A stretch of 64,000 bases of DNA, taken from NCBI GenBank assembly GCA_965178125.1, contig OZ237756.1:62001-126000 (forward strand), given 5' to 3'. Source of the DNA: Bilabrum cf. latius (Eukaryota). Below the pieces are notes generated by a model, which was not told the DNA's origin, searched no databases, and was given only the letters and a program-made list of their open reading frames with translations. Of the stretch, positions 1 through 10,800 are shown in pieces (positions within the stretch are counted from its first letter, which is position 1; every line of letters begins with the position of its first letter). The translations under genes and the position numbers were made by a program.

Positions 1-1759
1 ACGTGTCAAGAAAGCCGCGGCTCGGCAGCCCGCCCCTCCACTCCCAGCATACCTCCCCCCGCTACTGAAGGGCGCCGACTTCGCGCGGACTGCCATGCCA
101 GGCCTCGTCATCCCCCACGGGCAAAGGCAGGGACCCGGGTGCAAACCGCATGGCCCGTGCTACACCCAGCGATGCACCTGCACTGGCACCCGCACCCATG
201 CTCTGCTCAGCAGGCAGCAGCACCTCCTGCCCCGGCTTAGACAGTCCGTAGTAGGCAGCGTGCACGTCCTCCAACACGTCGAGAGCATCTGCTAGAGCCA
301 GCCTGGGCTCCTCTTGCACGTCCACGCTGCCCGCTCCCGCTCCCGCTCCCGGTCCTCTGGGGGCACCTCCCGCGGCGAAGGCCTGCTGCCCGGGGGCGTT
401 GTTCACGTCCCTGAACCCCCGGAAGAACACGTACCTGGCGATGACTAGGAGGTTCCGCGCCCCTCCCCACACCGCCTCCGTGTCGTCGAGGATGACCGTC
501 ATGGAATCGTCCTGGCGGTGCGAGTGCAGCCAGGCCTGGCTCTTGCTGCTGCCGTCCCCGCCCTCGTTGTCCGACCGAGATATGATGCGGTGCCCGAACA
601 GCTTCCTCTCTGGGTCGAGCAGCCGCGCGATCGCGTCCGCGTAATCCCTCGTGCCCGCCGTGTTGATGCCCAGCTCGAAGCGGCGGGAGGCGCGCCGCAG
701 GAAGGCCCGCACGCCCGGCCGCAGCTTCACGAAGTACGTGCCCCCACCGAACTGAACTATGTGCACGGGGCACCGAGGCACGCCCAGCGCCCTCGGGTCT
801 GCAGTGGCGTGCAGCAGCGTGTGGTCGATGTCCAGCACGAGCCTGAGCTTGCGGCGGGCCCTCAGCCGCTGGCTCGCCGCCTCATCGGAGGCCCGCGCCA
901 CGCGAGAGGAAAGAACAAGTTCATGGCCTCCTCTGGCCCGCAGCTTGAGCGTGCCTGCGGCCCCGCGCTGGCCCGCTCCACTTGCCCCAGCGGTTGCTGA
1001 TGCTTCTCGCGTACGTGCCGGTGCTCCTCCAGCCGCTTCCAGGGCCCGCTGCAGCGCATCAGCCGTTTCCAGCCGATCCCAGGGGTCTTTGCCAACTTCA
1101 TTCAAAGGACAACTGCGATGATGCCACCGGGATTCGTGCAGGCGCCAAATCGGGCCCCAATCGCGTGATTTGCTGGCAGCCGTTGACAGCGACCGCAGCT
1201 CGGGTTCGCTCGCATTTCTCCGAGTTGCCAAGTCCCAGGTCGTTAGCTCCTAAAGCTGAACCGCGGAATCTCTTACTAAATGAAATGTTCCCGGTGATGG
1301 TAGCTCGGAATCTACTTTACGGAGAGCCGCCATGTTCTAGCCGCACGATACGCATGCTCCCTTGAACTCACCGGGGTGAGAACACTCGGCTACCACAGCT
1401 AACCGTATGAATGCACCCATATTTTCATGCACTCCGGGCCTGTTTGATACTATGGGCACCCATGCCGGGCACTTCAATGGGACGCATGCTTTGGACTCGG
1501 GCACGAGCCAGGCAAGCAGCATGCCATCGACCGGGCTTCGAACCACAACCTTGTGTACTTCGCTATCAGGGGCGCTAGATGATGCCGCAGCCGCACTTGG
1601 GGAGGCTAGTGGCTACATCCACTTGATCTTGGCAAGGATATCGCCCCGCTTGACGACATCTTGCTGCTGTTTGATGGCCTTTACGTGGACGACTGGATCA
1701 GTGCTGCCGTGAGACACCTGCCGAAATCCGGCGCACACAACAGACACTATGTCATCCAT
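1..1759 (-). CDS. FCP1: RNA polymerase II CTD phosphatase FCP1/CTDP1-like (3' end runs off the window)
   Basis: One frame from ATG 1759 through TAGs at 1613, 1337, 1250 and 62. It has the N-terminal SPVDG and CSHP..G.C..CG motifs, the HAD DxDxT motif (LVLDIDHTLLH), FVKLRPGV and ILDDTEAVW. The frame stays open past TAG 62 to the window edge. Confidence 0.88.
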
Positions 1760-1943
1760 GCACGAAGATGTAATATATATGAAAACAAAATAGGAAACAG
1801 GATGATTCGAATGTACGGCCAGAGTGCGGTAGGAAAGCCTTAAAAAGCTCCGACGGTGTGACCGTAAATTGCACTGCACTGCCACGCCGCGACTCGCCGC
1901 AAAGCATACGCGTCCTGCACCACAACAACAATCAACGACTAGC

Positions 1944-2849
1944 ATGGCCAGCGAATCCAAATCAACTGAAACAGAAGACCGACCCGCACTCTCCGGTTTG
2001 CGCATGGCCTCCGACCGGCCAGTGGATGCCACGGAAAGTGCTTCCGCTGGCATCCCGCCGATGCAGGGCCTCCCGCCGCTGATAAGCAAGGTAGATACAT
2101 AGCTTCACATGGCCGCATTTGAGGGAAACATTGATATCCTTCGGGCCGCTCAAGCAGAAGGCCGAGACCTCGGTGCTCGTGATGGTGACAGACGCAGCTT
2201 GTTTCACTGGGCATCAAGCGGCGGTCGCGTGGCAGTTATGAGGTACCTTCTGGATGTACTTGTATCGAGCGCCAGCAAGCTGCTTGATGCGCAAGATTCT
2301 GCTGGCTGGACCCCACTCCTATCTGCCACGTCTGCGAATCGGCTGCCTGCAGTAAGGTTGTTGCTTGACCTTGGCGCCAGCCCAGATGTTTCGAATAGGA
2401 GGGGATAGCAGCCACTTCACCTTCACAAAGGCTCCGCTGCAGCGGTTCGAATGCTTCTATCGTGCACGAAAGACCCCGATGCTGGAGATGCGCTCGGAAT
2501 GACAGCGCTGCACCGCGCTGCTGTTGCTGGTTAGGTCGAAGCTGCGGCTGCGCTGCTTGATGGAGGCGTCGATGCGAATCGAAGGGACACATTCAGGCGC
2601 ACGGCCCTGCATCTCGCCTGTGAAGACGGGTAGATTGGCACGGCTGCGCTGCTGCTGGCTCGAGGAGCAGACGCTTCTGTGCCCAACGCAGATGGGAAGC
2701 GGGCCCTTGAGCTGTACCCTGCTGCTGCAGGCGGTGCCGAGGCAGTAAGAAAGGCAGCAAAGCGAGTTATGGACATGGAAAAATCGAGAGCAGGCGCAGG
2801 TGCAGGTACAGGCGCGGCCAGCGGGGGTGCCAGTGGGAGCACCTCGTGA
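1944..2849 (+). CDS. Ankyrin-repeat protein, gankyrin/PSMD10-like (~301 aa)
   Basis: Continuous ankyrin repeats (SLFHWASSGG, GWTPLLSA, G*QPLH, GMTALHRAAVAG*VE, RTALHLACEDG*IG) read through TAGs at 2100, 2406, 2532 and 2631. Ends TGA 2847-2849. Confidence 0.82.
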
Positions 2850-2989
2850 GCTCGCAATCAGAACTAGACAACAGGCGATGCGTGCCTTGATTCGAAAGTC
2901 AGATCGTCATTGAACCATCCAGAGGAAAAACAAGCCGCTTATGCAAGCTGTGGGCAGCCCCTCCATGCGTGCATGCATGCATGCGTGCG

Positions 2990-5206
2990 TCACTCGTACC
3001 CGATGTCCCAAGGCATTGGGTGTCGCTGGCTCGCACTCCCATGCAATGCACCCGCGTCATCGTCACGCACCATGGTGGGTGCTCTGGACACCATCAACCC
3101 CACTCTACCGCCTCCTCGCCGCCCTGCCACTTCCTCCTCCGTCGTGGCGATGTGCATGTGCCCCTCTGGCCCCTCGGACCTCCCGTGCCCCTCTGCACTC
3201 AACCCCACCCTCTACCTTCTCGTGCCGACACTCCCTCCCATATGTGCACCCGCGTCCTCGTCATACTCTACTCCCACCTCCTCCCACGGCATCGGGGCCC
3301 ACCCACCCCCCGCCGCTCCGGCACCCCTCCATGCACCCCTTCCCACTGGCACTCCCTCCATGTCCAGCGCATCGCTCTCGTCAAAGACAGAGCGAGGACC
3401 ACCTCCTAGTCCCGAGCCTCGCCTGGCAGCACCCATTGGGCTTCGCATGGTGCTTCTGCCTCCGCCGCTGTGGCCGCCCTCGGCCGCCCCACCATCCCCT
3501 GACTCCTGCACAATCTCCTCTGCAGCCCGACTCGACAGGCCAAGCATTCGAACCAAGCCGCGGAATCCGCCCGTGGATTGGCTCTCTGCAGCGGCTGCCC
3601 TCGCCGCCCGCAAGCCCGCCTCCACCCCCGCCGCAGTGGCTCGCGCCGCATCCACCCTCCCGCGCAGTACCTCCTGTTCTTGCGATAGCATCGCACTGCG
3701 GCGCGCCTCCAGCCTCTCCTCCGCCCTGCGCACAGCCCGCACCTCTCTTCCGTCCCCGCCGGTCAGCAGCACCCACGCGCGAGCTAGCCCAGGGTAGACG
3801 TCTCCCCGCGCCGCCGCCCGCACCTCGGCCGCTGTGCCCGCTGCCAGCGACACCCCCGCGAACCCGTGGCTCCCGCCGTCCGCCAGCGCGGCCCTGCGCC
3901 TCCAGGCGCTCCTCTCTCTCGCGCCCAGTCTGGAGGCGCGCGCCACCTCGGCACGGACCTCTGCCCTCAGCTTGAGGGTACGCATCAAGTGCCCGAAGCT
4001 GTCGATGCGGCCGACTCCCCTTGTCCGCTGCTCATGGTACCACCCGGCCCCCGCCCCTGTCCTTCCGCCCATGCCCCTGCCCCTGCCCCTGCTGGCCTCC
4101 TTGAGCTCTCTCGCAGCGGCCATGGCCTGGGCCAGCACCTCGCGACGGACTCCTTCCTCCTCCTCTTGGTCCCCTTTCACCTCATGCTCTTCGTCCTCAT
4201 TCTTATAATCGTCGGCACCGTGCTGCCTCTGCCTCTGCCTTCGTCTCTGCTTTTTTCTCCTCCGCTTGCCAGCCTGCCGCACCGCGATCAGCTCCCTGAT
4301 CCGATCCTTGAGACCCTCCAGAGGACTTCCTGCATCCGCACCATCGTGCGCTTCACCCTCCCTATCCCGCTCCAGTTCCTCCACGGCCCTCTCTAGCACG
4401 GCCATCACCTCGTCCTCGCTCACAGTCGCGTCCTCCTCCGCCATGATCGACCCCAGCACGCGCAGGTGCTCAGACCTGCTGGCACCGGCCCCCCTCCACC
4501 CCCCGTTCTCCACCTAGTACCCCCACACGGCCAGCAGTGCCAGCACCAGCATTGCGCACCCCGCCAGTTCCCACCCCCGCGGCATGGGCTTGCTTCGCCC
4601 TCGGAAAGCAGAGCCGGGCCCGGCGCGGGCCCCTTCCCCTCCCCCCCCCATGGCTGCCGCAGCCCACTCGGCACCGACCGCGCCCAACACCCCACCTGCT
4701 GCCGACAGGGCCAGCTAGTGCGGGAAGTGAGTGGCCCCGTACACTCTCGTGACAACTATCAGCACCACAATCAGTATCGCACTGGCGGTGACATCGGCCC
4801 GCTGCGACAGGCGGGCTGCCTCGGCTGCCATCACAACCGCAAGCCAAAGCTCCACGCATGGCAGCCCGTTCGGGGACACGCGACCTCTTGGATGCAGTGC
4901 AGCATCGTATGCTCGTGGAACCCTAGCTCGGAACACGGCAGCTATCAAGATGCAAACGAGCAAGTTAATGCTGACTGTGGCAAGCAGTCGCCAGGAGCGG
5001 AACCAAAGAGTCGCTATTGCTGCCAGGAGCCAAACTATGATCGACACATCGTGAACGACAAATTTTGACACCATCGACCCCATCAGAGCTCTGACACGCG
5101 TAGGAAGGCATGAGAACAACCAATACCGGGACTACCGCAGGCATTTAATCTCGTCCGCCACCCAGGGAGGCGTCCCTTGCACTAGCTCGATTCTCGCTGG
5201 GTCCAT
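2990..5206 (-). CDS. PAP2/glucose-6-phosphatase-like multi-pass membrane protein with long charged C-terminal tail (~738 aa)
   Basis: ATG 5206, TAGs at 5132, 4715, 4514 and 3212, TGA at 2990. Several hydrophobic helices and PAP2 motif 3 TRVYGATHFPH*LAL, compared with G6Pase SRIYLAAHFPHQV. Confidence 0.7.
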
Positions 5207-5473
5207 CTAGTCTGAACGGCTATACGGCTACTATGAATGCTGTCTTCGACTGCGCGTATTCGATCTACCACCTGGTGGCATTTTGCAGGCCCAAATTTCT
5301 GCCGACAACGCTCGATTATTAATATTCCGGATTACACTTGTCACATCATTAAATCACTCGAGCAACTGCAACAGCATTTATCTTCTCTCATACGGAGTCT
5401 TAGCACCGAAAGTGTCGACATTTTCAGGGGTCCTTTGTTTTAATACTACAGTAAAAGCGAAATTAGCACTGAT

Positions 5474-7489
5474 ATGTTCGCAAAACCTTCTGCAGCTTCG
5501 GTGGTGCACCTGCTGCAGGCGGCCAACACCTCTGGCCGGTGCGGCTAGTACAGGCGTTCTCATGACATCTTGCTCGTAGGAGAAGGGGATTTTTCTTTTG
5601 CTGCTGCATTAGCAGGGACTTTGAGTGGAAAACAGCTTGTTGCTACCTCTTTTGATGACGAGGCTACGGTTCGATTGAAGTACTCGGGCAGTGTGCACCA
5701 TTGTCTAGATACAGCAAGAGCAGCCAAGGCCCAGGTGCATTTCGGCGTAGACGCAACTCGACTTCATACCGATCAACGCATCACAGGGGATACTGAGCTC
5801 GATCCCGCAGGAGGGATATTCGATCGCGTAATCTTCAACTTCCCTCACGCCGGCGGTGCCACTCGCGCCGCCGTGGCGCGTAACCGAGCAGTGGTAGCGG
5901 GGTTTCTTGCCTCTGCTGCTGATGTGGTGCGGCCATGGCCCCACGGTGAGATCCACGTGACGATGCGGCTCAGTTCATTCTACGAGTCGTGGGGTGTGGG
6001 CGACATGGCACCCCCCCATGGCCATGGCACCGGTGACACTGCTGCCAGTGGGGCGGGAACCCTCGATAGAAAGGAAGGAGCCAGGAAAAAGCAAGCGGGG
6101 CAGAAGCGAAGGCACATGGAGGCGACTGATCCAGGCCGCGCTCCTGATGGTGCTGTGCTTGCCGTTGCACTAGCAGGCGGGGCTGAAGCAGACCTCATGG
6201 TGGAGCCCGTGGAGGAGGAGGAGGAGGAGGTGACCGGAGGGGCTAGACAGAGGGACCGACGGGGTCCCGGTGGCAAAGGCGACAGGAAAGGGTAGGCGAA
6301 GGGCAGAGACAGCAAGGGTAAGGACAAGGGGGACAGCAGGCAGAGGAAGGCCGAGGGCAGAGACAGCAAGGGTAAGGACAAGGGGGACAGCAGGCAGAGG
6401 AAAGCCGAGGGCAGGAGGAGACTAGCCATGCGGAGGGCGGGGCACGGGGCGGGCAAGGCCGAGAAGGAGAAAGAAGAGCCCTTCCAGTATGTGGCCCCAC
6501 CTCCCAGCCAGCGGGGGCCCATGCTGCGATTCGTGGGTCGCGTGCCCTTCGATGCATCGGCGTACCCGGGGTACAACCCCGTCAGGACGCACCCCGCCGC
6601 GAGGCAGGCCCCCGAGGCGGGAGAAGCTGTCACGCTCGTATTCACGGTGGTACCAGCAATGCACGATGGGGATGAGAGTAATGGAGCGGAAGAGGAAGGG
6701 GAAGAGGAAGAGGAGGATCAAGATGGGGAGGAGGGCAGTGCCGCCTCAGCGGCTCTCGCTCTTGCTGCAGCGGAAGAGGACAGGCTTGCTCGCAGGGCCG
6801 CCAAGAAGGCGAGGAAAGAGGCGAGAAGGAGAGAGAGGAGGGAAAGGGAAGGGGCGACCGTGGGCGAGGGGACAGAGGCTAGAGCTAGGGGGGGGCATTC
6901 TGGACAGACCGAAGGGAGTAGAATTGGCCAGAAACGAAGAAGGGATGCTGTTGAAACTGGCAATTCTGCTGGGAGTGGTGCTTCCGACGGCGGGGAGAAG
7001 GAATTCGAGAGGGGCGATGTGGATGGGGAGGGGGCTGGTGCGGCTCTCATAGCCATGGCAGCGCTGGGCCGGCGCAGGAGGGGACTCGCCGTCGGTAGCA
7101 CGGGCACGGGCGAGGCGCAGGGCGGTTCCCACTACATGACCGATGAAACCGATGGTCATGCTTGGCATAGATCGAGCCGGAAGCGGCGCAGAAAATCGAT
7201 GGGTGGTGGCAGCGGCGACTCGGACGAGGACGAGGCATCGGGTCCAGCCGATGGTGCAGGCATCGCTGGGGGCAATGGTTACGGGGGCAGTGCGATGATC
7301 GAGAAAGCGGAGAGGCGGTGGGCCGAGATGGCGATCGAGAGGGATAACAAAAATCAAAAGCAAAAAGGAAGGGAGGGGAATCAGCGAGAGCGTGCTGCTG
7401 ACGGCAAGGACTCGGTCCATGGTCAGGGCCAGGGCGCTGGTGGCGGAAAGGGCCGGAAGGGGCGAAAGCGGCGAACTGGGCAGAGGTGA
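5474..7489 (+). CDS. DUF2431 / Bmt5-like rRNA (uridine-N3) methyltransferase-domain protein with basic/acidic tail (~671 aa)
   Basis: ILLVGEGDFSFA, LVATSFD, FGVDATRL, FDRVIFNFPH and a downstream FDASAYPGYNPVRT. Joined through TAGs at 5546 and 6293; ends TGA. Confidence 0.8.
6302..6409 (+). repeat. 54-bp tandem duplication (GRDSKGKDKGDSRQRKAE x2) inside the DUF2431 gene
   Basis: Two adjacent 54-nt copies differing at one synonymous site. Confidence 0.9.
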
Positions 7490-7812
7490 ATATCTTCCAG
7501 TTTATCTTGGTTCGGCTCTAGCATTGCGGAGAGGCACGGTGATGCGGTGTCCCCGCGTGCCAGACGCTTGACTCCTACCTTTCTATTTGCGCGCGGCACG
7601 CGCTCAATTCACCGCAGCACACGAATCTCGACTACCGTCTACTATGGGTGCAATTGGCTTATGATGCATGCATTCACAACAGCACCAAGCAAGCAAGAGA
7701 GTCTTGTCAACATGACACCACGGGCCGAAAATGGATGACTCGGAGTCATTGAGCGGCCCAAGTCTCGGGCATTCTATGCACAGAGCGATTAGCGAAGGAT
7801 CAGCGGTTTCTG

Positions 7813-10800
7813 ATGACCACTCCGTCTGGCAAAGATAACTCGGTTAGTTTGCTTCGACGCCTGTTGGCGGCCTTCAAATTCGACAAGAACAAGGCCGATT
7901 AGGTGCGTGGAACCCGGCCGCCAAGACTCGCTCCAAGAGTGCCAGAATGGCAAGATCCGTTCGCGTTGATTGCTTGGTTGCAGCGTGTTTATTCACAACT
8001 AGTTCGGTGTGAGAGAAATAGGGCATTGTGGAGGGATTCTGATGGCGTATCTCGTTCGGCAGAATCGGCAGCTTCACTACCTTGCCTAATTCCCTTGATG
8101 TCTGCATTGCACCGGTCTTCCGCAGCGGAAACTCTTCGTGCTAGGCGTGATATTTAGATCCAACCGTAGTCATGCTCTGGGCAGGCTGTCATACTCGCGG
8201 GACGGCGCAGTCAATCCTCCGACGTGCGATGCTTCGGGATCATGTTGCCGCTTCTTACCCTCAGCTTGATTGCCAGCCCGTTTTTGTTGGGCGTGATGAA
8301 CTCATCAATAACCCCGTCACTCTTTCATTTCGGCGCGTACGACTCTTGGGGCCTTCACACCGTTGACCGGACAACCCTGGGCGATCCGCGTGCACAAATG
8401 GTCGACCTGGAACCGCGGGAATATGAGGGGTTTCGTGCCGCTTTCATTGTGTATCCTATGCTAGCCATCATGTGGATATGGTTAACCTTGATTTAGGTTC
8501 GTGTTCAGGTTGTGTCAGGCACAACTCGTGCTCTAGTGGCTGCCACGCGAACTCCAACCACAGCGACTGCCTAGCAGCTAGAGCGAGCTGCAATCGCAGG
8601 ACAGTCAAGTCCCGCGCGCGCTCTGTTGGAAACCCGTATTGCTACACGAGACGACAAAGTCAGCCCAGGCGTTCCTTACGAGCGGCCATTGATCATGCCA
8701 GTGTTCGGCACCGTTCCCGTGCTCCTCTACCGCCCGCGGAGAAGGGCCGCGGGTCAAACCGGGGACAGTAATGCCAGTGGCAGCATCGGATCATCGATTC
8801 TGGTCCCCACAGACCAGCGTCGGGCGGATCCTGGCGGGCGCAGCGTGATGGAGATGGGCAGCACATCCAGCGAGATGCACTCGGGGGAGGTGCACGGAGG
8901 GCAGGCGGGGGCTGGACCAGCCGGGCTGGGCGGGGGCTCCAATGTAGCCGGGAGATAGTCACAGCATGGTATGCATCAAATTCACGTGCTCAGGGCCCAT
9001 GCAGTGCGGCAGGGTACAGGCCCTTCCGTGGACCATGCGAGCAAGCCGGCGTCAATCGACCGCCAGACCCACGCCACGGACACAGCCCAGTTCCCCTCTC
9101 GAGCCAGCATGGGGGAAGACACCTCCAGCTCGGACCAGCAGAAGGGACTGGCGACGGACGGCGAACCAGTGTTGGACCCACCCCCGGGGCTTGAGCCCGT
9201 GGTGGCGGTAGTGGGCGCGGTGGCACCTGCCAGCGGCCCGGCCTCTGCCCCTGCCCCTGCTTCGACTGTGCCGGTGGGGCAGATGGCCCGACCTGAGGCA
9301 AGCAAGGAAACCCGCATGGATCTAGCTCGGGAGCGCATGACTCTTCGTGACCTGAGTCCATTCGCCATGCGCTTCACCAGCAAAGGTGACCTGCTGCGGT
9401 CCTCCCAGCGAGCCACGGACTGGTGCCCGAGGGAGACCTGCGGGGACTGCGGCTTTGAAAACTTGCTCTTTCGACCTATGCAACTCTGCGGGGTCACACT
9501 GTAGGCAGCGGCATGGGTCACTAACGTCGTGTTTGTGGCAGGCTGGCTCTCGGCAGTGGTTGTCGATCTGACGGAGGGGTACCCTGGCGCAGGGCTGTGG
9601 CTGCTCGCTTACATGGCCCCGACTGCCGCAGTTCCAGCTTCAATCACCGACCTGGGGATGGTTGTGGGCTTGTACCTCGTGTTGAGTGCGCTCTATCTTA
9701 TGTGGGGTATTGCATTTGGCCTGATGCGCGGCATGGGGGACGAGCTGCTCACGGCTGACGGTGCCAACATCGTCAGCATTGGAGCGGCCCTGCTGATCGA
9801 AACCACGCCGTACTTTACAGTGGCCTACATTTTCATCGTGGCCCGGTTCTACACCGGGCTTGTAGTGCGGAACCGAGTTGAGCAGTGCATGCACGCCGTG
9901 GCACAAATCGAGGCGGACCATGAGACGGCCATGCGTGCAGCCCGCGTGCAGATGCCACCCTTTGCTCTTAGGCTGCTGCACGGGGATACCACTGGAGTTG
10001 AGCTGGAGGACACTACGGCAGTCCTCGTGCTAAGGATTCACGTGAGGATCAGGCACCGCGAACGGAAGTCCAGAGACAGGAGCGTAGATACGGACAGGGT
10101 CGGTGCTGCTGACGCTCCCCTGAGCGTCAAGTCATCGAGGGGCAGGCACCAGGGCGAGCAGCGCACGCGGGCTCGAGGCAGGGCGAGGGGTCGTAGGCAC
10201 AAGAAGAAGAAGGCGTCCAGGAGTGGGCGGCGGGGTTACGACTCTGCCGTATCTTCTGGCTTCTCCACGGATGGATCTGAAGCAGGCTCGCAGCAGTACT
10301 GGAGAAAACCGTAGACTGCAGCCCGTGATGATATCTCGGGTTTGGACGAATCAGGTATGCAGTCTATAGGCGCATTGATCACCAGTGCAGCAGGAATGAC
10401 AACAACGAGCAAGACCTCCAGACTGGGTCAGAGCAGTCGGGAGGGGGGAGGGGATGGCAGAGAGAAGCAGTCTGCAGCGAATGATGCAGCCGCTGAGGAC
10501 CAGTCGCGAGAGAGCAAACTGGCCCGGGTGGTGCTGCTGTCAGTGGCACTCATCGAGCGGGTGCTCAGCTCGGGGCAGTTCAATCACAGGGCCACCTGCG
10601 TGTCCGTCGTGGGCCAGGACGTGGTGGTGGCGGTGCACGGGGCGGGCTCCAAGGTGTTCGGACTAAACTATGACGACGACCAGGAAGAAACAGTCCCAGG
10701 GCCCCCGGCACCAGGCACGCAGGATCCGCATGGTGACGCACTATCCGGTAGGACGGGGGGTGGGGTGAGGTCCAGGGGCAGTTAGTACCAGGTAAGAGGG

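Noticed and set aside
2910-4396. Long Pro/Ser-rich plus-strand ORFs (also 28442-30411, 37185-38195 and minus 40959-41966)
   Set aside because: They are antisense to better-supported genes, which is expected in GC-rich DNA.
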